Shown here piece by piece: positions 31,845-42,544 of a stretch of DNA of 64,000 nucleotides. Source of the stretch: Clostridia bacterium (GTDB lineage Bacteria; Bacillota; Clostridia; Christensenellales; CAG-917); contig JAVVSR010000001.1 in the NCBI GenBank assembly GCA_036654095.1, positions 159,987-223,986 on the forward strand, written 5' to 3'. The number at the start of each line of letters is the position of its first letter. Within the stretch, counting starts at the first letter, position 1. The notes under the pieces were generated by a model. The model made no database searches and was not told where the DNA came from. It saw only the letters and a list, made by a program, of their open reading frames with translations. The translations under genes and the position numbers were made by a program.

Positions 31845-33247
31845 TGAAAATTAAATTTATAATTTTGTCACCTTTTGAAAATGATTTATTTGAAATTATT
31901 CGCGCTTTTAATAATTATATTGAGCAGAGCGATGATGAAGCTGATACTTTGTTTGTATTTAAAGACGAAATTGATACATTTAATACTAAGGTTTCAGTTA
32001 CTATTAATGGAACGGAAGTGTTTTTTCAAAAATTCGATATTCCGCCAACGCCACTTGAACATAAAAAATTTGCTAAAAGATACAGCAAAATTACTTTATA
32101 TAGAGTATTATCAAGCCTCGTTAAAGTGGAACTACCATATGGCTCATTGACGGGTGTTAGGCCAACAAAACTCTATTATGAATTAATGGCCGACGGCAAT
32201 GCCGATGAGGTTTTTAAAAACACTTTTGACGTTAGCGATGAAAAACTTTTACTTGTTAAAAATATTGTAAAAAATCAAAAAGGTTTAATTAATATTAACG
32301 AAAATGAAGTGGATATTTTTATAAATATACCATTTTGTCCGTCGCGTTGCGCTTATTGTACGTTTGTATCGGTTTCAATGAAATTGCTTGAAAAGTACGT
32401 AAATCCATATGTAGAATGCCTCAAAAACGAGATAAGTATTCTAAAAAACATTGTTTTAGAGAATGGTTATAAAGTTAGGGCGGTTTATTTCGGTGGTGGA
32501 ACACCAACTTCTTTGCCTGTTGATACCTTAAGAGATATCATTAAACTTTGTGATTTTTCGGCAAGCGAATTTACCGTTGAAGCTGGGCGTCCCGACACGG
32601 TTAGCAAACAAATGCTTGATATGCTTGCAAATGAAGGCGTTAATAGAATTTCAATTAATCCGCAAACATTTCACGATAAAACTTTAAAAACAATCGGTCG
32701 CGGACATACTGTCATTGATACTTTAAACGCGTATGAACTTGCAAGACAATATGATTTTTCAATTAATATGGATTTAATTGCCGCGCTTCCCGAGGAAACT
32801 TTAGATGATTTTAAATATTCATTGGATACGGCCATTGCGCTACGTCCGGAGAATATAACAGTACATACGCTTGCCTTAAAACGCGGAAGCGAATTGACCG
32901 TAAATGAATTTGACAATAAACAGGGCGAAACTGCAGAACAAATGGTTAATTATTCCGTTTCGGCGCTTAAAGACGCGAAATATTTACCTTATTATATGTA
33001 CCGACAAAAATATGTGACTGGTAATTTGGAAAACAGCGGATATATGCTAGATGGTTTTCCGTGTATTTACAATATTGATATTATGGAAGAAAATACATCG
33101 ATTTTAGCAGCTGGCGCAGGCGCAATATCTAAACGTATTTTTAATGATAAAAACCGCATTGAAAGGCAAGCCAACATTAAAGATGTTAAAGAATATATTG
33201 AAAGATTTGATGAACTTTTAATTAAAAAACCTTTATTTTGGAAATAA
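31841..33247 (+). CDS. HemN/HemZ-like radical SAM protein (oxygen-independent coproporphyrinogen oxidase family, function uncertain)
   Basis: 468 aa. Cx3Cx2C (CPSRCAYC), YFGGGTPT and NRISINPQT support the family. The N-terminal extension resembles the HemZ subgroup. Confidence 0.7.
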   Translation: MMKIKFIILSPFENDLFEIIRAFNNYIEQSDDEADTLFVFKDEIDTFNTKVSVTINGTEVFFQKFDIPPTPLEHKKFAKRYSKITLYRVLSSLVKVELPYGSLTGVRPTKLYYELMADGNADEVFKNTFDVSDEKLLLVKNIVKNQKGLININENEVDIFINIPFCPSRCAYCTFVSVSMKLLEKYVNPYVECLKNEISILKNIVLENGYKVRAVYFGGGTPTSLPVDTLRDIIKLCDFSASEFTVEAGRPDTVSKQMLDMLANEGVNRISINPQTFHDKTLKTIGRGHTVIDTLNAYELARQYDFSINMDLIAALPEETLDDFKYSLDTAIALRPENITVHTLALKRGSELTVNEFDNKQGETAEQMVNYSVSALKDAKYLPYYMYRQKYVTGNLENSGYMLDGFPCIYNIDIMEENTSILAAGAGAISKRIFNDKNRIERQANIKDVKEYIERFDELLIKKPLFWK

Positions 33248-33396
33248 TTTGTTAAATAAATATTATTTTTTAAAATTAAATTATGTTTAAAGCAAAATAT
33301 TTTATCATTTTTTTACTTAAATTTTTTTAAATTGTGATAAAAATCATTTTAATGGAAATTATTTCTAAAAATACCATTTTATGTTGCTAATATTTG

Positions 33397-33425
33397 TTTA
33401 CAATGTTTTTTTTATATGTTAATAT
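33397..33425 (+). promoter_or_regulatory. Candidate sigma-A promoter for rpsO
   Basis: TTTACA (33397-33402), a 17-nt spacer, then TAATAT (33420-33425). This leaves a leader of about 90 nt before the GAGGAGG RBS. Confidence 0.45.
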
Positions 33426-33516
33426 TATAAAAGTACTTTAGGCAAGGTTTATCTAATTACTCCGAAGATTTACGTTGCTTATTGCGAATTAACTATCCAC
33501 CTGAGGAGGTAAAACA

Positions 33517-33780
33517 ATGGATAAGGAACTGAAATTAAAAATTATTACTGAAAATGCACGTACTGAGGGCGACACTGGTTCACCTGAAGTTCAAATCGCT
33601 TTACTTACTGAACGCATTACCGAGCTAACCACTCACTTGGACTCACACATTAAAGATTTTCATAGTCGTCGTGGGTTGCTAATGATGGTTGGTAAAAGGC
33701 GTAATCTTTTAGCTTATTTGAAAGATATCGATATTGAAAGATATCGCGCGCTTATCAAAAAACTTGAGTTAAGAAAGTAA
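33517..33780 (+). CDS. rpsO: 30S ribosomal protein S15
   Basis: 87 aa. [42 protein letters not shown]. Confidence 0.95.
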   Translation: MDKELKLKIITENARTEGDTGSPEVQIALLTERITELTTHLDSHIKDFHSRRGLLMMVGKRRNLLAYLKDIDIERYRALIKKLELRK

Positions 33781-33786
33781 TTTTCT

Positions 33787-33816
33787 GGGGGTTGTTTTTA
33801 CACCCCCGTTTTTTTT
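33787..33816 (+). terminator. Terminator/attenuator hairpin between rpsO and pnp
   Basis: GGGGGT paired with ACCCCC, followed by an 8-nt T-run. Confidence 0.7.
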
Positions 33817-33890
33817 GAAAAATTATAACGATGTTATATTTAAATATGGTCGCCTGCGGGAATTGCGGTGACTTTGGAGGATGTTGAAGA

Positions 33891-35990
33891 ATGATTGATA
33901 GAAAAATTTTTAAAACTGAAATTGGTGGCAGAGAGGTGTCGGTAGAAGTAGGCGCATACTGTGGCCAATCAAATGGTTCGTGCTTGATAAGGTGCGGAGA
34001 AACTGTTGTTTTAACGAATGTCACGATGGCAAAAGAAGCGCGTGATGGAATTGACTTTTTCCCTTTAGGCGTTGATTTTGAAGAGAAAATGTATGCCGTA
34101 GGTAGGATTCCGGGCGGGTTTAAAAAACGCGAAGGTCGTCCTTCTGACAAGGCTATTTTGACGTCAAGGTTAATTGACCGTCCAATTAGGCCTCTATTTA
34201 CAAAAGGTTTCTTAAATGACGTTGCAGTAGTCGCTACCGCGTTGTCTGTTGATAAAGATATTCCACCTGAAGTTTTTGGTATGTTGGGCAGTTCGATTGC
34301 ATTGTCTATTTCGGATATTCCATTTGCTGGCCCTACTGGTTCAGTTGTAGTAGGTATGATTGATGGAAAATACGTGATTAACCCGACCACCGATGAGCGC
34401 GAAAAAAGTAAATTAAATTTAAGTTTATCGGGCACTAAAGATGCTATTATGATGGTTGAGGCTGGCGCAAATATTATCAGCGAAAAAGAAATGCTTGATG
34501 CGATTATGTTTGGTCACGAAGAAATTAAAAAAATTATTGGTTTTATTGAAGAAATTCAAACTGCGGTTGGCAAGGAAAAACTTGAAGTTACTTTGCATTT
34601 GCCATCAGAGGAAGTTAAATCTGCTGTTTTTGCTTGGGGCGACAAGAAAATGGATTACGTACTTGAAACATTTGACCGCACTGAACGCGAAAAACGCGAT
34701 GACGCTTTAAATGCTGAAGCAGCGGAATATTTTGCTTCAATTTATCCTAATGATTTAGTATCGGTTGGCGACGCTTTGTATGCTTTGAAAAAAGTTAAAG
34801 TTCGCGCAAAAATTATTAACGACGGTATTCGTCCCGATGGCCGTGTTTTAACGGAAATTCGTCCTATTTGGTGTGAACATGGTATTTTACCTCGGGTTCA
34901 CGGAAGCGCAATTTTTACACGTGGACAAACTCAGGCTTTAACTACTTGCACTTTAGGCACAATCTCTGAAGTACAAAAACTTGAAGGCTTAGACGATGAT
35001 ATCTTTAAACGTTATATGCATCATTACAATATGCCTCCTTATTCAACTGGCGAAGCTAAACCTAATCGTAGCCCCGGTCGTCGTGAAATCGGCCACGGTT
35101 CTCTTGCTGAAAGAGCTTTGGAACCCGTTTTACCAAGCGAAGCTAAATTTCCGTACGCTATTCGTACCGTTTCAGAAATTTTAAGTTCAAATGGTTCAAC
35201 TTCTATGGCAAGCGTTTGCGGAAGCACAATGTCGCTTATGGACGCTGGTGTTCCTATTGCGGCGCCTGTTGCAGGTATCGCTATGGGCTTGATTAAAGAT
35301 GAGGAAAAAAATAAGATTGCTATTTTGTCGGATATCCAAGGTTTGGAAGACTTTTTGGGCGATATGGACTTTAAAGTTGCAGGCACTTGTGAAGGTATTA
35401 CGGCAATTCAAATGGATATTAAGATCAAGGGCATTAATGAGGAAATTTTACGCACCGCGCTTGAACAGGCTCGTTTAGGCAGGTTGTTTATTTTAAGTAA
35501 AATGGCTGAGTGCATTGATAAGCCTAATACTGAACTTTCTAAGTACGCTCCTAAGATTATTACATTTACAATTAATCCTGATAAAATTCGCGATGTTATT
35601 GGCAGTGGCGGAAAAGTTATTAATAAAATTATTTCGGATACTGGAGCTAAAATTGATATTAATGACAATGGCGTTGTTTCTATTGCGGGCGAAAACAGCG
35701 AGTGCGCAGAACGCGCTAAAAAAATTGTATTGTCAATAGTTAAAGACCCTGAAGCCGGTGACATTTTTGAAGGGCCTGTTGAACGTATTTTACAATTTGG
35801 CGCATTTATTAACATTGCTCCTGGTAAAGATGGTTTAGTTCATATTTCAAAACTTTCAAATAAGCGCGTCGATAAGGTAGAAGATGTTGTAAATATTGGC
35901 GATAGATGTCAAGTTGAAGTTATTAAGATTGACGAAAAAAACCGTATTGATTTAAAACTTATTGCCGTTTTGGAAAAAGCTAAAGCCTAG
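33891..35990 (+). CDS. pnp: Polyribonucleotide nucleotidyltransferase (PNPase)
   Basis: 699 aa with two RNase PH domains, a KH domain (VIGSGGKVINKI) and an S1 domain (GAFINIAPGKDGLVHIS). Confidence 0.95.
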   Translation: MIDRKIFKTEIGGREVSVEVGAYCGQSNGSCLIRCGETVVLTNVTMAKEARDGIDFFPLGVDFEEKMYAVGRIPGGFKKREGRPSDKAILTSRLIDRPIRPLFTKGFLNDVAVVATALSVDKDIPPEVFGMLGSSIALSISDIPFAGPTGSVVVGMIDGKYVINPTTDEREKSKLNLSLSGTKDAIMMVEAGANIISEKEMLDAIMFGHEEIKKIIGFIEEIQTAVGKEKLEVTLHLPSEEVKSAVFAWGDKKMDYVLETFDRTEREKRDDALNAEAAEYFASIYPNDLVSVGDALYALKKVKVRAKIINDGIRPDGRVLTEIRPIWCEHGILPRVHGSAIFTRGQTQALTTCTLGTISEVQKLEGLDDDIFKRYMHHYNMPPYSTGEAKPNRSPGRREIGHGSLAERALEPVLPSEAKFPYAIRTVSEILSSNGSTSMASVCGSTMSLMDAGVPIAAPVAGIAMGLIKDEEKNKIAILSDIQGLEDFLGDMDFKVAGTCEGITAIQMDIKIKGINEEILRTALEQARLGRLFILSKMAECIDKPNTELSKYAPKIITFTINPDKIRDVIGSGGKVINKIISDTGAKIDINDNGVVSIAGENSECAERAKKIVLSIVKDPEAGDIFEGPVERILQFGAFINIAPGKDGLVHISKLSNKRVDKVEDVVNIGDRCQVEVIKIDEKNRIDLKLIAVLEKAKA

Positions 35991-36054
35991 ATAATTTTTT
36001 AGGTTGCAAGCTAAGTTTTAAATTTATTTTCAAATTAAATAAAATTTGTTTTAA

Positions 36055-36088
36055 ATAAGCTTGACTTAGGTCGAGCTTATTTTTTTTA
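36055..36088 (+). terminator. Rho-independent terminator after pnp
   Basis: ATAAGCTTGAC-TTAG-GTCGAGCTTAT (one G-U pair) followed by an 8-nt T-run. Confidence 0.7.
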
Positions 36089-36134
36089 TGTAATAGCTTT
36101 GATTAACTTTTCATAGTATTAATTGAGGTGCGCT

Positions 36135-36854
36135 ATGAAAGAAAAAAAATATGTAACCATAATTGCTAATTCTGTAATTATTTTTGTTTTAATTGTTCTG
36201 TTTGCCGCCACACTTTCGGGCAACTCGGCAATAGAAGTGTTAAATAAAGGCAAAAAAGAAGCCGTTTATCGTGGCGACGAAAAAAAAGCCGAAGTTAGCT
36301 TGATGATTAATGTTTATTGGGGTACGGAATATGTTTTGCCTATGGCAAAAATTTTTGAAGCTTACGGATATAATACTACTTTCTTTTTAGGCGGCAGTTG
36401 GCTAAGCGAAAATATAGATATGGTTGTCGAACTGGATAAATTAGGTTTCGAATTAGCTAATCACGGGTATAACCATAAAAATCATAAGTCGTTATCGGTA
36501 GAGGAAAATCGAAAGGAATTAATGGTTACAAACAATGTTTTATGTAAAATAATCGGACGTCAACCAGTAAAATTATTTGCGCCACCATCGGGGTATATTG
36601 GCGAAAATATGATGAATGTTTGCGAAAAAGAAGGATTTGAAGTAATTATGTGGTCAAGAGATACCATTGACTGGCGCGATAAAGATAGTAATATTATTTA
36701 CAGCAGAGCAATAAAAAATATGAAAAATGGCGATTTAATTTTGATGCACCCAACGGCGCACTCGTTAGAAGCGTTGCCCAATATTTTAAATTATTGTAAA
36801 CAAAATGGTTTTAAAGTTGTGACCGTTAGCCAAAATATAAATAGTTTGGTTTAA
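36135..36854 (+). CDS. Polysaccharide deacetylase family protein (YlxY-like, sporulation-associated)
   Basis: About 239 aa with an N-terminal TM anchor and NodB-domain motifs (NHGYNH, RDTIDW, LMHP). Same position downstream of pnp as B. subtilis ylxY. Confidence 0.8.
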   Translation: MKEKKYVTIIANSVIIFVLIVLFAATLSGNSAIEVLNKGKKEAVYRGDEKKAEVSLMINVYWGTEYVLPMAKIFEAYGYNTTFFLGGSWLSENIDMVVELDKLGFELANHGYNHKNHKSLSVEENRKELMVTNNVLCKIIGRQPVKLFAPPSGYIGENMMNVCEKEGFEVIMWSRDTIDWRDKDSNIIYSRAIKNMKNGDLILMHPTAHSLEALPNILNYCKQNGFKVVTVSQNINSLV

Positions 36855-36926
36855 TATTTGAATTTTAGTCTAAATTATTATTTGTATTTTATATAGATAT
36901 ATGTTAATATACTTATAGAGGTAATT

Positions 36927-38186
36927 ATGGAAAAAATTAAAAAATATAGCAATGGTTTGACTTTAGCTTATCAATATTCGCCCACGGTTCGGTCGGTTGC
37001 AATCGGCGTTTTCGTGAACGTTGGCAGTATTAATGAAGATAGTAAAACTAATGGTATTTCGCACTTTATTGAACATATGATGTTTAAAGGTACAAAACGT
37101 CGTACCGCATTTGATATCGTTGCCGAATCGGATAATATTGGCGCGCAAATTAATGCTTTCACAAGTAAAACAAATACCTGCTACTACATGGTATGTGTTG
37201 ATAACGACACTGAAAAATGTGTTGATATTTTGTCGGATTTATTTTTTAATAGTGTTTTCCCAAATGAGGAAATAGAAAAAGAAAAGGGCGTTGTTCTTGA
37301 AGAAATATCAATGACTATCGACACTCCCGACGACCTTTGTCTTGAAATGGCAACAAGCGCATTTTACAAAGGTCACCCACTATCTCGACAAATTTTAGGC
37401 ACTCGAAAAAACGTTCAGGGTTTTACTAGAGAAGATATTTTAAATTACATTGATCTTCATTATACCCCCGACAATATCTTAATATCGGTTGTCGGAAATA
37501 TTACGCTTAAAGAAGTTGAAATTTTAATAAATAAATACTTTATCGATAATTTTTCATTAAAGAAGTCGCCAAACAAGCAAATTAAGCATTTTGAGGGCAA
37601 TTCTACTTTTATAAAAAAATGTAAAAAAATTGAACAAAGTCATATCGCTTTTATTTTTCCATCGATGGCTTACTGTGATAAACTAACCACTGCGCTAAAA
37701 GTTTTTAACACTGCTTTCGGATATGGTATGAGTAGCCGACTTTTTCAAAATGTTCGTGAAAATTTGGGACTTGCTTATTCGGTTTATTCATATCCGTCTT
37801 TTTACACCACAAATGGTTGCTGTTCAATATATCTTGGGACTAATTCAAATAGTGTTGAAAAGGCTACTCTTGCAGTCAAAGACGAGATTGACAAGGTTTT
37901 AAAATTCGGCATAACCGAGGCGGAGTTTTTAAGAGGGAAGGCGCAAATGCGTAGCGCGTTTGTTTTCGGTCAAGAAAGCACGTCAAGTATGATGACGATG
38001 ATTGCTCGCCATACAATTATGACTGGCGAGGCCTGTGATATTGACAAAATGTTGTTAGATATTGAAAATGTTACGCTTGATGATGTAAATGAAGTTATAA
38101 AACAAGTTTTTGATTTTAACAAAGTAACCGCTTGCTATGTCGGCCCTAAATGCGACGTCGATTTACTAAAACTTATCAAAGGATAA
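36927..38186 (+). CDS. M16 family zinc peptidase (MlpA/YmxG-like)
   Basis: 419 aa with the inverted zincin motif HFIEH and a downstream E. Synteny with pnp-ylxY-mlpA of Bacillus. Confidence 0.85.
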   Translation: MEKIKKYSNGLTLAYQYSPTVRSVAIGVFVNVGSINEDSKTNGISHFIEHMMFKGTKRRTAFDIVAESDNIGAQINAFTSKTNTCYYMVCVDNDTEKCVDILSDLFFNSVFPNEEIEKEKGVVLEEISMTIDTPDDLCLEMATSAFYKGHPLSRQILGTRKNVQGFTREDILNYIDLHYTPDNILISVVGNITLKEVEILINKYFIDNFSLKKSPNKQIKHFEGNSTFIKKCKKIEQSHIAFIFPSMAYCDKLTTALKVFNTAFGYGMSSRLFQNVRENLGLAYSVYSYPSFYTTNGCCSIYLGTNSNSVEKATLAVKDEIDKVLKFGITEAEFLRGKAQMRSAFVFGQESTSSMMTMIARHTIMTGEACDIDKMLLDIENVTLDDVNEVIKQVFDFNKVTACYVGPKCDVDLLKLIKG

Positions 38187-38191
38187 CTATA

Positions 38192-38572
38192 ATGATACAA
38201 AAAACTTTTGAAGAAATGGAAATGTTAGAAAAGATTTTTTATATGCAAAATCTTTTTGATACCGATTTAGCAACTAATAGAAACCTTGAATTTACAAAAG
38301 AACAATGGATTCAAAAAGAAGTACTGGCAATGATTTCTGAACTTGCAGAACTTTTAGATGAGGTAAACTTTAAGTGGTGGAAAAATCCTAAACCCGAAAA
38401 TTCGGATAATATTAAAGACGAAATTGTTGATATCCTACACTTTTTTACCGCAATGTGCATTAAGTCGGGAATGTCTGCGACGGAACTTTATGAGCGCTAT
38501 ATGAAAAAAAATCAAGAAAATTTTGACCGACAATATGGTAAATCGGATAAAAAAGGGTACGAACTAAAATAG
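38192..38572 (+). CDS. All-alpha NTP pyrophosphohydrolase, dimeric dUTPase-like
   Basis: About 126 aa. The start is set at ATG 38192. The pattern ELAELLDE...WK......DEIVDILHF fits the MazG/dimeric dUTPase superfamily. Family-level call only. Confidence 0.5.
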   Translation: MIQKTFEEMEMLEKIFYMQNLFDTDLATNRNLEFTKEQWIQKEVLAMISELAELLDEVNFKWWKNPKPENSDNIKDEIVDILHFFTAMCIKSGMSATELYERYMKKNQENFDRQYGKSDKKGYELK

Positions 38573-38656
38573 CGTTTGGATTTTAAAATAAAAATACAAT
38601 TACATATTTAATGTGACAAAGTTTGTTGTTTGGCACAATATCTTGTATATTTTTAG

Positions 38657-38686
38657 TGCCGTAATTAAATTTACGGCATATTTTTA
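38657..38686 (+). terminator. Terminator-like hairpin after the dUTPase-like gene
   Basis: TGCCGTAA-TTAAAT-TTACGGCA followed by TATTTTT. Confidence 0.5.
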
Positions 38687-38947
38687 CCTAATTTTTATAA
38701 ATTTTTCTAGTATAAATGTTGTAAATATATATCAATTATGGTATACTTACAAATAAGTATTAAAGTAAATAAATTTAATGTGAAAATAAACTGTATCATT
38801 AAATTGTTTTTATATTTTTACCAAATAATGTGGTTACATATTTTAAGCAGATTAAGTTTATTTTTGCAACAATATGTCTATAACCTACACGCGCTATGAT
38901 ACTTTAGATTTGCCACAATAATATTGATAAATTATTTGGAGGAAACT

Positions 38948-41900
38948 TTGAGTTATAATAATCCTTACAACGACAGCCGCTATGAAAGCACAGCTAATCG
39001 CATTGCTGTTGGTGTTTTAATAATAATTGTTAGTTTACTTGCTACATTATCGCTATGCAATGCTTTAAGCAGTGTAGGGCATTTGGTTAAGGACTTTTTG
39101 CTTGGCGTTTTTGGTTTTGTTGCTTATGCATATTCAATTTGTGGTGTGATAATTGGTGTCGCTGTTACTCTTGGGCGCAAACCAACGCTCCCGCTTGACA
39201 AATCACTTAAGTATATTCTACTTTTCATTTTAGGCGTTATGATTTTTCACGTTTGGTTTACTCGTGGCCTTATTGCAGGCAGCAACTATGGACAATATTT
39301 AAAAACCGTCTATGTTGAAACTAGCCCTGCCGGGTGGATAGGCTCACTTATTTCGTATCCTATTATGAAAATTTTAAGCCCAACATTTTTTTTAGTTGTG
39401 TTAATCATTCTTTTTGCCGCGACCGCATTGGCGTCCTTTTATCCATTGCTTGTTGGTTCAAGCCCTTACAAGGCTAAAAACACAAAAATTAAGCCAAATA
39501 AGTCGAAAACACCAGTTTTAGCAGACATTTCTCGCGAAGCTGAAAATGAAACTGTAATTTCAAATGAAGTGGGCAACAGCTTATTTGTAGGCACTGTAAA
39601 TGAAGATGGTTCGGCTGCTGAATTTAAGCAAGCAAGCAAAAAACAAATTAAAAAGCAAACAGGGTTCAATGTTCTTTTCCCAAATCAGAACAGCGCGACG
39701 AACATTGAAGATAGCGCAGTTGAACCTATTTTTGATAACGAGTCTGAACGGAAAAAGCGAGCCAGAGAAAAGCTGTTTGGCAAAAAAACTGTTGAAACAA
39801 ATAATACTGAAAATGTTGACGATAAAGTCGTATTCGGTAAATCGCTTGAGAAACAACCTGTCGACGATGTCAAACCATCGCATAAGGAAGTTCCGCGCGC
39901 CTCATTACCATTTACATTTAATACTCAAATTAATCAAACCGAAAATCGTGACGGTAAACCCAAATCTTTAAAAGAAGCTTTTAATATCGACGATACCGAT
40001 GAAGGCCGTATTCGTGAACTTCAAGAACGAATGGGGTATATTTTAAATTCAGAAGTTAAACCTAGCGATGTTCGTGGCGCTGCTTCAAAACGACTTGTTG
40101 AACCTATTAAAAAGCCCGAACCGGAAGTTTTGCCCGAAGTTAAGCAAGATGTCGTTTCAAAATCTAATGATGACACTGCTCAAAAAAATGACGACTTGCC
40201 GTATTTTGTAAAACAAATACTCTATGGCGAACAAAAAAATGTTGACATTAAAAAAGTTTCTGACATTAACTCGGCTGAGTTGCCCGATAATGGAAAAACT
40301 TTAGAAAAACCGCTTTCACCACAAAATCTTGATGAAACAATTAAACCATCGTTTAAGCCAATTCCGCAACAGCCCGCACGACCTATTGTTGAGTCGGTAC
40401 TTTATTCAAGCGCGCAAAAAGATGCGGCGCTACTTAACGATAAACTTAATAAACAACAAAATGATTGCAATGTGGTTTCAAACAATGAAGTTGCACCGCT
40501 TGACAAAATCAATCCTAGTTTTGAGTATAAACCTTTAGATGAAATTAAACCTATTATAGAAAGTCCTTCTTTGGAAAAATCCGCTGACAGTGGCAGAGGT
40601 AGTATTCGTGATTTAAATATATTTAAAAATAACAGCGCAAGCGTTTCTGAAAAGCCATCAGTTATTCCGCAAAACCCAAGTAAATCTAATGAGGACGTTG
40701 TCGCTTTGGGTGATTTTTCTAATTTAAATAATGAACGAATTATTAGTGAAAATAAAAATAGCGCTATAATGCCATCTGAAAAAACTGTTCGTGAAGTTGA
40801 AAACAATCCGCTTGACCGTCAACCTCGAACGGAAGCAAAACGCATTATTGATGACAAAACAGTTGTGCGCGAGGATAGATTGAAAAGCAATGAACAACTG
40901 CAAAATACAGAGTTGCAAAAAGAAAAACCATCTTCTTATAACAATGATTTTCCTATTGGAAAGAGGGCGGAACCTGTTAAGTTGACCCCAGCTCCTGCTA
41001 AAATTAAGGCGGAGCAAATTTCCATTGAACAGTCCTTGGAGGAGCAGCGTTTGCGTACTCCGTATATGGCTCCGCCGATTGACTTGCTTATGTCGCGCGA
41101 TGAAAAGGTTAAGATTGAAGATTATACTGAACGTGTTGAGCTTTTAGAGCATACCCTTTCGCAGTTTAAAATTGATGCAAAAGTCATAGGCGTTACGCAG
41201 GGTCCTACTTTTAGCCGATTTGAACTTATGATGCCAGATGGTATTCCTGTTAATTCTGTTTTAAAAATTGAAAAAGATTTATCAATGAAACTTAGGGCAT
41301 CGCCGTTACGTTTTGAAGCTCCTATTCCTGGTAGAGATGCGTTTGGAATTGAAGTTCCTAACGCTGTCCGCTCGGCAGTTAGTTTAAAATCGATAATTAT
41401 GTCAGAAGAATTTAATACCGCAAAATCAATGCTCACCTTTGCGCTCGGTAAAGATATCGGTAATGATAATTTCGTGTGTGACCTTGAAAGTATGCCGCAT
41501 ATGCTTATCGCTGGCGCTACTGGAAGTGGAAAAAGTGTTTGCATAAACTCGCTTATTGTAAGTTTGCTTTATAAGTGTGGGCCAAATGATTTAAAACTTA
41601 TTTTGGTTGACCCTAAACAGGTTGAACTTAACTTATATAGCGGTTTACCACATCTTCTGTTGCCCGAGGTTATCGATGACCCTGTTGTCGCAATAAACGC
41701 GCTCGACTGGACTATTGAGGAAATGAAAGCTCGTTTTACAATATTTAAAAAATATCAAGTAAGAAATATAAGCGAGTATAACAGCATTGCGGCTAAAACT
41801 CCCGGGCTTAATAAAATTCCGCGTATAGTGTTTATTATTGATGAACTGGCTGACTTTATTTTAGTTAAGAAAAAAGAGATTGAAGATAGAATTGGAAAAG

Positions 41901-42544
41901 TTACAAGGCTTTCGCGCGCGGCGGGCATTCATTTGGTTGTGGCAACACAAAGGCCGTCTGTTGACATTGTTACAGGCACGATAAAATCAAATCTTCCTTC
42001 GCGTATTGCGTTTGCAGTGCAGTCAGCTGCCGACTCAATGACCATTTTGGCAGGCGGTGGAGCGGAAAATCTTTTAGGTAAGGGCGATATGCTGTTTGCT
42101 CCACAATCACGACCCGAGCCAATACGTTTGCAATGTACGCTTGTTGAACGTGATGAAGTTAAAGCTGTTGTCGACTATATTAAAGCGCACAACGAGTGCT
42201 ATTATGATTCGCAAGTTGCAAATAGTATTTATTCATTGCCAAAAGAAGATATTGCGCCCGATGACGTTCCTAGCACAAACAATAACAAAACAGGTGATGA
42301 TAAATTATTTGTTGACGCATTGCGTATGTTTGTAAATGAAAAACAAGCTTCTATTTCCAAATTACAACGTCGATTTAAAGTCGGATATGGAACAGCTGCT
42401 AATATAATGGAAAAAATGGAAGACAGAAAATACGTTTCAGCTAATCTTGGTGGAAATAAAACGCGCGAAGTTTTAATTTCACTTGAACAATTTTATCAAA
42501 TTTTTGGTCGCGATGATGACGAGGATATAACTAATGAACTGTAA
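38948..42544 (+). CDS. ftsK: DNA translocase FtsK/SpoIIIE family with a very long linker
   Basis: N-terminal multi-TM region, a roughly 500-aa low-complexity linker, then the motor (GATGSGKS, DELAD) and gamma winged-helix (ASISKLQRRFKVGYGTAANIME). A TTG at 38948 after GGAGG at 38938-38942 is the likely start; the ORF-track start is 38924. Confidence 0.9.
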   Translation: MSYNNPYNDSRYESTANRIAVGVLIIIVSLLATLSLCNALSSVGHLVKDFLLGVFGFVAYAYSICGVIIGVAVTLGRKPTLPLDKSLKYILLFILGVMIFHVWFTRGLIAGSNYGQYLKTVYVETSPAGWIGSLISYPIMKILSPTFFLVVLIILFAATALASFYPLLVGSSPYKAKNTKIKPNKSKTPVLADISREAENETVISNEVGNSLFVGTVNEDGSAAEFKQASKKQIKKQTGFNVLFPNQNSATNIEDSAVEPIFDNESERKKRAREKLFGKKTVETNNTENVDDKVVFGKSLEKQPVDDVKPSHKEVPRASLPFTFNTQINQTENRDGKPKSLKEAFNIDDTDEGRIRELQERMGYILNSEVKPSDVRGAASKRLVEPIKKPEPEVLPEVKQDVVSKSNDDTAQKNDDLPYFVKQILYGEQKNVDIKKVSDINSAELPDNGKTLEKPLSPQNLDETIKPSFKPIPQQPARPIVESVLYSSAQKDAALLNDKLNKQQNDCNVVSNNEVAPLDKINPSFEYKPLDEIKPIIESPSLEKSADSGRGSIRDLNIFKNNSASVSEKPSVIPQNPSKSNEDVVALGDFSNLNNERIISENKNSAIMPSEKTVREVENNPLDRQPRTEAKRIIDDKTVVREDRLKSNEQLQNTELQKEKPSSYNNDFPIGKRAEPVKLTPAPAKIKAEQISIEQSLEEQRLRTPYMAPPIDLLMSRDEKVKIEDYTERVELLEHTLSQFKIDAKVIGVTQGPTFSRFELMMPDGIPVNSVLKIEKDLSMKLRASPLRFEAPIPGRDAFGIEVPNAVRSAVSLKSIIMSEEFNTAKSMLTFALGKDIGNDNFVCDLESMPHMLIAGATGSGKSVCINSLIVSLLYKCGPNDLKLILVDPKQVELNLYSGLPHLLLPEVIDDPVVAINALDWTIEEMKARFTIFKKYQVRNISEYNSIAAKTPGLNKIPRIVFIIDELADFILVKKKEIEDRIGKVTRLSRAAGIHLVVATQRPSVDIVTGTIKSNLPSRIAFAVQSAADSMTILAGGGAENLLGKGDMLFAPQSRPEPIRLQCTLVERDEVKAVVDYIKAHNECYYDSQVANSIYSLPKEDIAPDDVPSTNNNKTGDDKLFVDALRMFVNEKQASISKLQRRFKVGYGTAANIMEKMEDRKYVSANLGGNKTREVLISLEQFYQIFGRDDDEDITNEL

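Noticed and set aside
31841-33247. Calling the radical SAM protein a genuine heme-biosynthetic coproporphyrinogen oxidase (hemN)
   Set aside because: No other heme genes are nearby, and the HemN-like family contains many non-heme enzymes. The family-level call is kept.
33755-34435. 226-aa minus-strand ORF overlapping the rpsO terminator and the 5' part of pnp
   Set aside because: It is the shadow frame of the strongly supported PNPase gene and has no recognisable motifs.
35039-35815. Minus-strand ORFs opposite pnp (35039-35386, 35196-35411, 35408-35815), and similar antisense ORFs in ftsK (40402-40806, 41122-41544), sigF (51349-51813) and spoVAE (53443-53814)
   Set aside because: All are antisense to confidently assigned genes and have no independent start signals.
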